Part shown: positions 35,049 through 48,100 of the stretch, piece after piece
How the letters are laid out: each line of letters starts with the position of its first letter
Numbering within the stretch: position 1 is the first letter of the stretch
Assembly (NCBI GenBank): GCA_013115145.1
Contig: JAAPAO010000019.1
Coordinates: 62,001 to 126,000, forward strand
Length of the DNA stretch: 64,000 bases
Reading direction: 5' to 3'
Origin: Perkinsus chesapeaki ATCC PRA-425
Taxonomy: Eukaryota > Protista > Perkinsozoa
Program-made: the position numbers and the translations under genes
The notes under the pieces: generated by a model
Seen by the model: only the letters and a program-made list of their open reading frames with translations
Database searches by the model: none
Told to the model about the DNA's origin: nothing

Positions 35049-37443
35049 ATGCGTCTACAGATCCTATTCTGCTGCATTTGGAAGCAAGTAGCCCTTGAAG
35101 GATTACAATGGCCATTTGACGGGTAACTGAGGCGCCTTACCGTTGCTTGGCGCCGAGCGTCATCGACTGCATAAAACCGATCGACTGTGCTTCGCCCTTC
35201 CACAAGAATCTGTGCTTATTCAGAGATCTTCCATTCCGATATCCACGGCACTTACAAGCTGGCTGGAACAAGAGAAGCTTTAGTTCGCCTGTTGACCACT
35301 CTAAAGTTAAGTTAGTTTTCAACTGTTTGAACCCAGGTGTTAGGATAGCCTAGCCTGGATAATAAAGTCCCGTCTGCCCTTTGAATCGAATCTTCAAATA
35401 CTGATACCTGTGTGCTTGTTCGTGGCTTTAAACCGCTATGGTACATACACTGCATTTATAACCGAGTATCGTATATTCTGTATGGTGTTTCTCACAGGTA
35501 GAGAGGGAGGAACTTTCAGGCAGTATTGTATACAGAATAACGACCACTATAGACCAGAGAGACCGGTAAGCCGTATCCGGGCAGTGAATCTTCCAACGTA
35601 GAAGATTTGCTTGTCAAGACTGGCGTATTTGCTGTAGTTACTATTTCTGGAGATAAATGGGTTTTACCCGCTCGGAGCGCCGTCGAAGGATATGGTGGAT
35701 TCTGCCATGAAAATTGGTGCTGGAATGATTGTCCTGGAACAAAGGCAATCCGCTCATCTATCTTGCGGCCAACGAGTTTCTTTTATTCTACCGTATAGTC
35801 CTTCACAGGTTTTCCGGCAAGAGTCTCCCCACACGAGAGTTCTCAGTGGCAACACTAAAGAAGCTTTCCACGGTGCCCCAGTCAGTCGAAGACATCGCTC
35901 TCTTTGGCGAGGCGATCAAAAACAGCGTGATGGGAATTAAGATAATTCTTTTTGGATGCAGCAGTGCAGGGGTACCCTTTGCTTTTCCCCAATGCATCCC
36001 CGAGATACTTGACTCCCTCCCCTCTCAGACAATTGCAGCATTGGCCCGGAAATATTATCCACATATCTTCGATGGTGCCATCGTGTCTTCGGCGCCACTC
36101 AAGCTTCAGCTTAAGAATGAGAAGTGTGATTGCATCAAAGTTATTCTTTCTCCATTTTTTCTGTAAGGTATGCCGAGGTCCTTCGTAATGACTTCTCTAA
36201 TCCAAAAGTTGGAGGGAGCGATACATGTCTCGGAGTGGTGAGTCAACTCTGCTCTTAGCCGCTTCTAGTTTGCTGACAGTTGAGAGATGCGCATGAAACA
36301 ATTGGCGAAAGATTAAGGTCAGCAGACGGGCGTCGATACCTTGAAAGCAAATTTAACTTATGTGAAGGGGATTTGGAGTCCCAGCAGGCCCAGAGACTTC
36401 TGTGGGATATCCAGTCGTTTGGTGCCAACGCGAATCTTGTTTCAGCACGATCTACGGTTCCGCAACTGGTGTGGCATTACAGAACAATAACCCGCTATGT
36501 GAGACAGACTATTGTAATATCGAAAAGATATGCAGAAGGCTCACAACAGGAAAGTAAGCAGGAGTATGGTTGCCAATTTTTAATTGTGAATCAACCTGCC
36601 ATTATGTAGGGACTCTCCATTGGATATGCTGGCTGCTATTCACAGGGCCAATATACCTGAGAGAAGTTGCTCATCAGAGATTATCAGAGAACGTGTCACC
36701 AAGTCGGCTTACGCCTGAGACTTTCTCAGAGCCCGATATACGAATGTTCTCCTTCAGATTTAAGGATGTTAACAACTCCGACAGCAATAAGATAACTTGG
36801 TTCGGTATATGCTCGAGTAGAGGGCTTCTTGCATCCTGTCAACAACCTACCTGCCCTTTCGTAACGAGTGATGGAGACGACTGGTTTAATCTTTTAATCT
36901 GGTTTTGCTCAGAGGGATTTAGAATATCCGAGAAGGAAGTCAGCTGTGTGCAATGAATTCTCTTCGTAAGGTCACAACTTTAGGTACTCGAAGGAGTCCA
37001 AGAGTTAATAGAATATGTCGGAGATTTTCGGAGCACCACGAATATATTATCGATTAATGGTGATGCTGACCCATGGTATCCATCATCTATCTTTAAAGAA
37101 GGAGAAGGGCCTGAAGTGGAGATGGTAAGAATCAGCACTTGGGACAAACGATGTCGTATAACAAACAGGTACAAGGTGCATCACATTGCTATTGGTGCAA
37201 CGTGGATGACAAGTAGCTCACGGGGGGTGTAAGATCGAGCTATCTGATAGCAGCTTCCATATCCATATCTGGAGCTGCATTAATCAGTGCATTCACTTTT
37301 TATATAGAAAGTGCATTATCTTGTTTCCGACATTCTAATAGAACGACCGGCTCCTGGCTCCTCGTTGGTACGTCGATTGACATCTTCCTCTCAGGAAAGT
37401 CTTTGAGAGGATACGCAACGTTATCCAGGAGTGGATTAGATGA
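35049..37443 (+). CDS. Secreted serine peptidase family S28 (thymus-specific serine protease / PRCP-like), copy A
   Basis: Signal-like exon MRLQILFCCIW; HLQAGW..PVDHS; LEQR|FSGKSLP; nucleophile FGCSSAG|TIAALARKYYPHIFDGAIVSSAPL; NGDADPW (Asp); GASHC (His); IRNVIQEWIR-TGA. Confidence 0.85.
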
Positions 37444-38060
37444 GTAGACATGTTTTGACAGGTGACTAGTAAGCCTTAGCCGATCTTTACTCCTTATCAG
37501 TTACAGTGGACCTTATCATCTTTACCACATTAACGAAATGACTTGTTAAAACCAAATATACAATACTATCTATCTTTTTTTCGGCTGATGATTTGTCATC
37601 TTCTTGCCGTTAGAGACATCTGCCATCGTAGAGGTTGGGCTTGAGTTTACGTTAATAACCCATCAACTCGGGATTTTCTCTTTTGGGAGATGTATGGCGA
37701 AACCTGGCGGCCGATAGATCAGTACCACTACAGATTCAAATGACGGCGACTTACAATGATCGGGGATAAGTTGCGGAACACGCCACACTGAAAGAGTCTC
37801 ATAAAGCATGAAGTGAAGACGGCCATCCGACTTCTCATTTGGATCTAGAAATCAAAGTCGGCCAGAACGAGCCTACCGCTTTTAACGATTTCCCCTCCTA
37901 TCTTACGGCACATCAACTAGGTATGTCAATAACATCACATGCCATAAATCGGGATTACTTCGACGACACTACTCTTCGTCGTCCTGAGTCGCGAACTGTT
38001 CTCGACGAGGGTTTGCGTTGCTCATTAATCGGTTTCCTGAAGGCACCATCTTCCCCCTCA

Positions 38061-38335
38061 ATGAGCGAAATCGACTTGCGGAGGAGGCAAGAAAGGGAAT
38101 GTAAGGGTGATACCAATCCGAGGCGCTCCCCAAACAGTGGCAACGAATTCATCGCGTGTCTTGTTCATGCTACTTTGATTGTCAGTCATTCGAGCACCAT
38201 ACAGCGAAGGCTCGCCCAAATGCTCTACCTAGAACGCGTTGAAGTGTTTTGTTTAAGAATGAGAGATGAGACATGAAAGATATGATTGATCACAGTGCTG
38301 AGATCAGCCTTCACTTACGCGCTCGGTACGAGAGC
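38061..38335 (+). pseudogene. Decayed duplicate of the first two CFAP57 exons
   Basis: ATGAGCGAAATCGAC vs ATGAGCGAGATCGAC at 42107. Exon 2 reads NER-TGA-DMKDMIDHSAEISLH vs NESGDTEDAIDNSPEVSLH codon for codon, followed by an indel and loss of similarity. Confidence 0.6.
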
Positions 38336-39006
38336 AAACATTAATGCAAGCGACGGGGATATGCCTTGTAATGTGACCCAACTAAACTTTTCCTATAAAT
38401 TATAAAAGTTAACTGCACTTACAACGCATGAGAACTACCGATGCTGGGAGCCCAAAGCAATTGGACAGCAGAACACGAAGCAGTGTCGACAGGAACCATT
38501 ATCAGACTAGACTGGCAGACTCAAGACCCTGAGGTTTGGGGCGTAACCGGCGAGGAGAGAACTCACGGCCGAATGTCGGCAAAAGCAGGCCCAAGCGATG
38601 GGTAGAGCATACAGTACTATTGTTAGAATACCAATCCTTGCTGAAGCCGGGCTCAATCACCACCATGTGAACTGGTCTCCTCCGGGCGGGACTGGTAATG
38701 TAAAGTAAACTATGATGGACAAGGGAATATAGAAATAGAGATAGACTCAGCGGGTAAGATAGATCTTTGCGTCACAAGGGATTGTCCCCAATGAGAGGGA
38801 CAGTATCGAGGTGCTACAAAGAATCTTTGTCAAAGATGGACTATTTTCATTTCAACACTTTTACTGATGTTACCTATCGTTAACTTGTACACAGTTATCT
38901 TCAGCTTTCGAGTTTTAGTTACCCAGATCGAATGTCCAGCTGAAATTTCCAGAATAGAGGCCTGATCCACCCACTTTTTCCTCTGTTTTTGCCGCCACCG
39001 TGCAGG

Positions 39007-39036
39007 GTGACGCGCCGTGACGCACCGTGACGCAGG
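39007..39036 (+). repeat. 3x 10-bp tandem repeat (GTGACGCRSS) 55-85 nt upstream of the S28 copy B ATG
   Basis: GTGACGCGCC GTGACGCACC GTGACGCAGG. Confidence 0.85.
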
Positions 39037-39089
39037 CCGCATCACCATCTTACCAGTCTTACCACATTTGTTACTGTTACAAGAAGCAA

Positions 39090-41610
39090 ATGCGCCCGCA
39101 GATCCTCATTTACTACTTTTCGGCTTCATTGGCTCAGTATAATCAGACATGGTCTTTCGATGGGTAATCGTGGGCATCTTTTAGGCGTTCTCCATTCATA
39201 CAGGGTGTTAATTTAAGAAGGGGCTACCCAAATACATTGGACAACTTTGCGCACCCTCGGTTCTGCCGGCTGTTCCATGGCGTTTCCTGCCATGGCACAA
39301 TCCGCACAAAATGGTAATCAATTTAAGCGATCCCTCAATATATAAGCGAGAATGAGAGCTTTCGAGTGGTATGAGTCTTTGGCCCTAACTCTCTCACAAT
39401 AAAAGGTTACAAGCAGTGGGCCCTTCGGAAATAAGAACCCTGTATTTAGCACTATCTGCCGTCGTTGACTGTGAATGATAGAGCTCATAATATATGCTTA
39501 TATGCCCACTTTATATAGCAGAGCTTGGGATTGCTGCCACTGGGAGCTGTTTGTGCTCTCTCAGATATCCCTCAGAAGGATACCCGCAACGCTTACAAGC
39601 TGGCTGGTATTGGGAGACCGTGGAATGTCCGGTGGATCATTTCGAAGTTACTGCATGATTGCTAGCCCTTTCATTGGCTAGCCTTGTACAGAATATTTCG
39701 ATATTATTTTAGGTAAAGAAGGAGGTACTTTCCCTATGCGATCCTTGAGGAATGATGACTTCTATGATCCAAAGCACCCGGTAAGCCTTACCAGGTCTTT
39801 CCGGAGTAAACACTCAATACGAACTTGGAGCTTGAGTGGAGCGCTCATTCGTCCAGTTGTCTTAGTTATTGCTCCTGAAGCTTAATTCACTGGACCGGCT
39901 CTCCGGTGCTTCAAATGATATAGTACAAGTTGCAAAGGACCTCGGTGCCAGCATCGCTATCTTGGAGCGGAGGTATTCATCCATCATGCAGCAGAAGCCG
40001 ATTTGCTGTTTTCAAGCCTTTCAATGTTGCCCGCAGGTATACCGGTGAAAGCTTACCTACAAAGGAGTTCTCAGTGGAAACGCTGAGCAAGCTTTTCATT
40101 ATGCCCCAGATACTCAGAGATGTTGCCTTTGTGGGTGAGAATATCAAATCAAGTGTCCATGGAATAAGAGTGATTGTTTTTGGATGTAGCAGCTCAGGAG
40201 TAGCCAATGCACCGGTATGCAAACGCGTTGGACATTTTTTATGTCAGACGATTGCAGCAATGGCTCGGAAGAATTACCCATATATCTTTGATGGGGCCAT
40301 CGTGTCCTCAGCTCCACTGAAGTTTCAACTAGAGATGCCTGAGTATGACCATGCCGGATGAACATGTTAATTTTGAGCATATCTTTCATACTTCCTGTCA
40401 AGTTTTTTCTTTATTGACGTCGCTATACTCTCCTTTGTACTAGTAATTTCATCGTAATATTTCTCAAGGTATGCCGAAGTCATTGGAAAGGATTTCTCTA
40501 ATCCTGACCTGGGAGGGAGCAGTCAGTGTCTCACAGCGGTGAGAGCTCACCATTTTTAAAAGCTTACAGTTTCCTGCAGTTGCAAGAAGCGCACTCGGCT
40601 ATTGGCGAGAAGCTAGCCTCACCGGAAGGACGTCGACAGCTCGAGAAGACATTTGACCTACATGGAGGGAACTTGGAGGTGCCCGAAGTCCAGAAATATT
40701 TGTAAGCTCCCGGCCTTGCTTCAAGTTGTCAACTTATGAGCGGTATAGGAAAGCTTTTCCTGGTTTAGTTCGTACCTTGGTCGACTCACTGGCACATTTA
40801 TACAATACAATGATCCGTCATGTAAGGAAGAATATTGTAACATTCGAAAGATCTGCAGTAAGCTTGCCACAGGAGGGTAAGCTGAAATGCTGTTGCTGAT
40901 CAACAAGCTTACACTCAGGGCATCTCCATTGGATAGGCTGGCTATCATTTATAAGGCCAGTACACCTGAAAGTGATTTGACCGCGGTCTTAAAGAGAACG
41001 ATTACTACGTCGGTCTCGAAACAGAAATTGTCCTTAGTCGCGAGATTCGATTGTACTTAGGTTTAAAGACAAGATGGATTCCAGCAAAATTAGGATGCTT
41101 CAATTTCGTGCCTGTTTCGAAAGAGGGCTATTTGCGACCTGCAATTCTGCAGCGTGCCCCCTCTACACCGGGATTGCAAATGGATGGCTTGACTTTCAAG
41201 TTTGGTTATGTCGAGAAGGCTTTGGAATATCCAAAGGAGATGTCCGTAGGCTGAATTCAATTTTGCGCACTTTTTTGAAGGTACTCCACGCAGTCGAGGT
41301 TCTTGGAAAATATGTCGGAAACTTCCGCAGTACAACTAATATATTATCGATTAATGGTGATGCTGATCCATGGTATCCATCATCTATCTTTAAAGAAGGA
41401 GAAGGGCCTGAAGTGGAGATGGTAAGAGCAGGTGAAACAAACGATGTCATATTGAATACAGGTGCGAGGTGCATCACATTGCTATTGGTGCGAGGCGGAT
41501 GACGAGTAAGGTTTCTGTCATACTTACCGTGCATTATTGTCTTCGTCAGCGCGACGAGGAAGGTCTTGGAGAGGATACGCAAGGTCATCCAGAAGTGGCT
41601 TAGAAACTAG
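39090..41610 (+). CDS. Secreted S28 serine peptidase, copy B
   Basis: Signal exon MRPQILIYYFSASLAQYNQT; RLQAGW..PVDHF; LERR|YTGESLP; FGCSSSG; PYIFDGAIVSSAPL; NGDADPW; GASHC; IRKVIQKWLRN-TAG. Confidence 0.85.
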
Positions 41611-42106
41611 TCAAGTTCCCCTCGATCCTATTTTTTCGCTCGTGCGGAATTTAACGAGCCTTACCTACTTTGCTTTTTTAACAAAAAGACTTACTACAAC
41701 CGATTATACAGTGTTGACCTTTTTATGTGGCTGATGATTTGTCGTTTTTTAAGTCAGGGACATCTCACAGAAAGGTTAGACTTGAGTTTATGTCAATACT
41801 GTATCAACTTGAGACTTTCTCCTTTGAAGGCGATAAAGCTGGTAGACCATCACCACTCTCAATCCTGCTTCTATCCTATACACATCCACTACGTTAAGAT
41901 TGGCTCTTGAAATACAGAAGAGCAGTCAACGCGGCTTGAATGTCCGGGGACATGAAGTCAGCAGTATTCATCAAAGATTCAAGCACTTGGTTAACCCTGA
42001 TCCCGGAAGACTACTTTGCCTTCCTTGCTCTGGCCGCTGAATCGTTTCCTAGGGGAGTTTGCATTGTCCAACAATCGGGTTTCTCGAGCCTTCAGCTTTT
42101 GCTTCA

Positions 42107-45100
42107 ATGAGCGAGATCGACCAGACTAGCACGTCAGGTGGTGAAAAAGGAAAGGTGAGAATGATACGGATCGGATGAGCTCAGAAAAACCGAAACATTC
42201 CAACGATTCCGTCGCATGGCGGGCTTGATTACCCTGCTGTGATTGTTAGCCATTCAAGTTCCATCTCGTGGAAATTAGCGTCTTAGCCAGCCAGAACGTG
42301 ATAAAGCGATTTGTATCAGAATGAGAGTGGAGATACGGAAGATGCGATTGATAACAGCCCAGAGGTCAGCCTTCACACACGCTACGCATTTGGCATACGA
42401 CCAGACCTTAACAACGGGGTGAGCCCATTATATTCTTTTATTAAAAAAGAAATAATTAGGTTCACTTTGTAGATGATCGACATGTCGTCTACGCTGTCGG
42501 GAATAATATAGTAGACTGGACGACCTTCCCGAGGCTCTACTGTGGACCCGGTCAACCTTTAGGTTCAATTGCATGTGGATCAACGCGCACAGACATTCAT
42601 GCTTGCAACTGATGGATCGTTAGGGATTACTTGTACAGCTATATCCGCCGATCGGAGGTATCTGAGATACCGTTTCTTAGCCCGAAGTTTAAGACTTTAA
42701 CCGTAACTCTAGTGACTTGGCCTGGAGACGCATGTGATCAGCAGCTCAGCTAAGAACTATTCGGAGCGGATATCTAGTGTTTGTTTGTCAAAATGCAAAA
42801 GTTGATCAAAAATTAACGAAATAATTACGTGGGCAAAAATGATACCAAAGCCCCCGCCGCGAAGTTCAGCGGACATCCTTTGGAAGAGTAATCTGGATCA
42901 GGTGGTTGGCGGTTGCAGAACGCCTTCCAAAAGAGGCAGCAGCAATCAGCGTGTTCGATCTCGTAACCTCGAAGAAGGTGAAAGCATTACCTTCTGTCAA
43001 CTGTGAACTATCGGCTTGGTCTCATATGGAGTTTTCAGGAGACGGCAGGTGAAAGCCTTCCGGAACTTTGCAACCGGCTTACTAAACTCCCTGCTAGGTA
43101 TCTCGTGGGGTTATCTGCGCCACAAGGAGACTCCTCACCTCCGGGCTCCGCTGAAGGTGGTCGTCTTGCATCAACTGCGGAAGGTCTCAATCACACTAAA
43201 GGATGCAAATTGGCCTGCTGGGTAATAGCCGCCAATAATAGTGAGGCGCCGACTGGTTTCGGTAGTCTATAGCGTAATTTAGAGTACCTGTTCTACTGTG
43301 GGCAGTAGTAATGGCGCGTTGACCTGGGGACGTCGCCGCTGTGAGATATCCGTTGATCAGGGGTGGGAGGGAGACAGCGTGCCTTCTATAGTCGATCTAC
43401 TGAAAGGTTATCCACCAGAGTCCAAGGCATCAGTAAGCAAGCTATACTGTGATCAAACATTGGCTTTTCCCCTTTAGCCGACCCATCTCTCCTTTTGTGA
43501 GAGTGACAGCTTGAAGGTATGTGTAACGGGGCGAGACTACGTAGCAGTCTACCATATAGCAGAGGATGGAACTCTGACAGCAGCTGTGAGTCTCTCTGCT
43601 GAACGTCAGGGAGGGTCATTCTTTGTGTTCCTTGTCCTGGTCTCGGCGTACGAATTACTATTGCTTCCTTGTAGGTTCCAGTTCGAGAACAGCTCACATG
43701 TATGCCTAGGGACTACCTGACATCAGGACAGGCCGCAGTGGACCTTAACGGGGACACCACTATATTCCCAGCCGTGGAAATTACCAGCCACTTGTGGCCA
43801 GAGGTGACCAAATCCTTCCACATGGGGGAGTTCTTGAAAGGTCGACGATTTTTGTCAGGCCGACACCATAATCTGCGGGACCCTGACGGGAAAGCTGCTC
43901 CTGTTCGACGAGTTTGGGCTTTTCAAGTGGGAAACGTTAGGCTAAGTGGACTTTAGTATTTCCCGTGGAAACTTCAACAGTTTTTCCATCAATCTCGAAA
44001 ACTCGAGTTGCAACTCTGGATTGCTGCTGCTGCTGTCACTAAACTAACTAGAGCATTATCGATCTGTTATATTTACTGTGTCTCATTTCTTGCTACTGAT
44101 CGCAAGCTCTTGTTCGTATATAATCATTAGTTCATTTCGTTATTTTGGGCACTCGAGTCTCCCATTCCGAACAAGCTGATATGGATGAGCCGTGCCACAA
44201 CTGGTCATCGGTGGCATCGAGAAATGCATGGCGAGCAGTCTTCCATCATTTCGGCAGTCTACAAGGGGATGGAATACTCGTCTCAAACTTGCGACTTATT
44301 TTAATCCGTCCAACAACATGAGGCAATGCTACTGACATTTTAGGCAAACATTGATCATCAACTCTACGGTCACTGAAGGGGCGTATCGTCTTATGATATC
44401 ATGGTCGAAGGGCGGCTTCATGGCCGCTGGTGACGATGGGAAGATCAGGATGTTCCGCAAGAACCATGACGATCCCGAAGAAGTGAGAATAAGCGAGGGA
44501 CAGCAATTATGTGCTCATCAGCCCTACCGCTTGTCGAGGGCTTTCCCTGTTGAACCACCAAGAAAATATCCCGCTGAAAACGAATCAAAAGGTATCTCGT
44601 AATCAGCAGCGGTGGTTCTGTAGTGCATTAGGCCCTGGACTTCTGACTCTAGAAGAAGAGTCAAATGGAGTAACTACCAAGAAGGTGGGTCAAATGTCAC
44701 CACTTCATCTGCTCCACTCGTCTAGCACTGTTATAGAATTGCCTTGTTCCAAGGATGCGACAGAGCTTCGAACCCAGGCGTTCATTTGCCAGTGCGTGCC
44801 TTGATAAGCTCATTCGCTCGTAAGGTTCGGCCTACCAAGATAGAATCCATAGCATTATCGCCATCCGAGGACTTCCTTGCGGCAGTCACAGATTGCGGAC
44901 AGCTCCTGTCAATATCGCTTCGCTCCGCTAAGCGTAATACCATCGTTCGACTGACTTTCTACCTACTTGGGGCCAGGCTTACTAGATGAGCTCTTGTTGG
45001 ATAATGGTCGTGGAGAATCCAAGAAACAGCAGTTTGCCAAGTGGATGCTTTGTAAAGTGTGTTTGTTTCATTTGTTTCTGAAGTGCCGAATTCAGGTTCT

Positions 45101-48100
45101 TTCCACACAGGACCGATCTATGGTATGGACATCTGCCCGAGGAGGCCCATAATTGCCACCTGCGGATCTGATCACACTGTGAGTTGTTACTAAGGACAGC
45201 GCCACGATTGTCAATACTTGGGCATGTTAAATGACTCGTAATACAGTTTGAGAGTGGTCCTTGAGTACGCTCCTACATCATCATTTCACCTCTCCTGTAA
45301 ATTGCAGGGATTATCGGACTAGACTCATCTTATGCCTATTTGGTTTTATAATGTCATCGTAATACCTTATAATAACCGAAAGCCTTCTCGCACAGAGTCG
45401 TTATGAGAGGACGGTAACTCCGGGAATGCTTTTCATCAACATAAATGCTCTTGACTGAAAGTGTAGAGATTCTAAGGTTCTCATTTCGTACGAGTTGGCT
45501 CAAGCCATAGCTCCTTTTAAGGGACCCTTATGAAGACCAACAGAGGCCCGCATTATCAGAAGATATTTTATCCTTTCAGATAAGGCTTTGGAACTTTCAA
45601 CAGCGTCGTTGTGAGCTAATCCAGCACTTTGTCGAAGAGGCTTACTCCATATCGCTGCATCCGAGTGGCCTGCAGGCTTTAGTCGGCTTCGTTGACAGGC
45701 TACGTCTGATGGATGTGACGTCTCCGGGTCGAGAGTCTTGAGAAGCTTCTCTCTCAAGGTTCTTAAAGAGGAGTTCAAGACGTACAAAGATTTCCCCCAA
45801 ATAAAAGGGTGTCGTGAATGTCGGTTTAGTAACGGTGGCCATTTGTTTGCCGCAGCTAATGGCAATAACATCGAGGTGGCATGCTTACTTGACTCGCTAA
45901 AGTTAGTTAGCCTTCAGATATTCAAGACTTATACCTGCGAGAGGATATTAAGTTTGAAAGGGCACAATAATAGAGTGGGAATTCATGACGTTTGCCCACA
46001 GAGAACGATCGATGCCATCAGATTAGAGCACTATGTTGGAACTGGGATGATACAAGATTGATCAGCGCTGGCATGGATGGTGCAGTGTAGGTGACTGGTG
46101 ACGTTTGCCTAGTGCTTTGTTACCCTGCCCTGATAGAAACGCCGTAGATCTCGTTTCCTGGTTGACGGTGGCCCAGGAATATCTTTCTTTCAGCTACGAA
46201 TACGATGTAATCAACAATGGTCAAAGGCTTTCCGATTGGGTCAATAAGAGCTCTATAGTTTCATCGGCAGCGGTATGGACCGACACTAGCGCAGCCACCA
46301 ACGGGGGGCCCTGCCAGAACTCCTTACCGGTCACCCGAGTGTGAGAATCATTAGTATTGTTGAACTTTATTACTCGACAGATTTGCTGTGGGAAATGTTA
46401 GCAGTATTCGGGAAGTTTATTTATCCCAAGTCCAGAGCTCCATAGAAGACGCACCTGAACCCCGTAGCAGCAGTCGAAGGCCGGTCCACTTCGGCCAGAT
46501 CTGCCTTGGAAACAGTGAGGATTGGCTCTAGTGTCCATGACTTTGGAAATCCTTAGTAGGTACAAAAACTCTATTCGTGAGCACATCTTCACCTGATTTC
46601 AGTGGTGAGTCACCACACGTCCTGAATATCTACATCTTTTATCTCAGAAGTGTTGGGTGGCAGTGTCAGATGTTATAAGTTCCCCTTCATTACAGCTAAT
46701 GAGAATGACGATAAGCCCTCTAGAAGCAAAGTCACCGCGGTGTAGGTAGAGGCCCGCGTTGTTGAGGAAGCTGTCCTTCAGATTCTCGGAGCACTCTTGC
46801 CATTTTGGGGAAGTCACCAGAATGCGTGTATCAGCCGACGAAAAGTGAGTTACTCATTAGTTCTGCCTTGGACCACACTGCGTACGTCTCTGCTTCCACG
46901 CTGCTATCAAAACATTCTATCGAGTTTTGTATTATAGCGATCTAGAGCCCCAAGGCTAGGGATCCTCCTTAAATATGATCCCACAGTATCAAAATATCTC
47001 GTTCGGCGGAATGATAATAGAAACGCCTATAGCATATCCGCTCATACCGGAACTCGCCCAGTACTGCTGGGAAAGTAGGGAGCGGTTAGTAACACTTTCG
47101 AGAATAACGATGGATCTTCACTGCCTCTGATAAGCACTACATTAATGCCCACATTTGGTATCATTTATAACTCTATTGAAGCACATTGCTGTTAGATTCA
47201 TCTTCGCTCAATTCTTAATTCAGATATCCGCCCTCTGGTGAGGGTTTTATAGTCTTCGTATCCAACCGAGTAAAATTATCTCGTGTCCAATTCTGTCAGA
47301 AGTATTATCGCAAAATTTAATTCCGAGTTACAGTAGCTAAGATTGCCATCAATATTCAGTTACCCTTCCATTGCACATCACATTCGTTTCTAGGTTACTC
47401 TTCACCTGCGGCGAAGATGGTAGTGTGTATGTATTCGAGATCCGGTAAGCTACACCTAAATTAGTTTCCGTATGACTTGCTATCTAGGAACAAGAACCCT
47501 CTCTTATCTATCAAACAAGGCAACAACAAAGGGAAAAGTGGTGGAACAGAAGAGATGCCGTGAGTACCTCTTGAAGGGTATCTCTTTCCTTCAGTTTTAG
47601 AATGCAAGCAACAGAACTCCGCGTGTCTACCTCGATTTTTGATAACACAATTCGATATTCGTCCTTCTCGACGTTTGCGATACCTGGTAGAGGCCCCGCT
47701 ACTTGGCTTCCCGACTATTCTCTGCTCTGTGCGGCGAGACCCTGAGCCCCGGCGCAGAGAAAGGGCTTTATTCGGCACATACGGGTGCACTTCCGATAGC
47801 CCCGATAAGTTCCGATATGCTCCTGATCTACTGAACTCCGTGTCAGTTTGCATATATCGTCAGATATTCCGAAGAAGTTTTGGTCACGAAGGCACTACTG
47901 GATGAGAGGCAGCAACAGTTGAAGGATCTTCGCCGTCAAGTAGAGGAGTTGGCCAATCAAACAGACTACCAGCTACGCCACAGGTAGGGGGAGTATTTCT
48001 AGCCGTTCAAATGGATTGGGAATCTTCGCAGAGACTCGTACCATGCTGAAAGAATGGCCGAGCTGGAGGATAAGTTCGCACAAGCTCTGCAGAGGCAGAA

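Noticed and set aside
35040-35115. Signal-peptide-like minus-strand start MAIVILQGLLASK
   Set aside because: It is the antisense of the S28 copy A first exon (MRLQILFCC..., homologous to the copy B start).
38400-39000. SAGKIDLCVTRD / SAGHSIWV, faintly like APE endonuclease motifs
   Set aside because: On opposite strands, surrounded by stops, too short to support a retroelement call.
45495-45504. TTGGCTCAAG, matching the 3' end of the perkinsid/dinoflagellate spliced leader
   Set aside because: Only 10 nt, plausible by chance in 128 kb of both strands; it lies inside CFAP57 rather than before a start codon, and the upstream CCGTAGCCAT part is absent.
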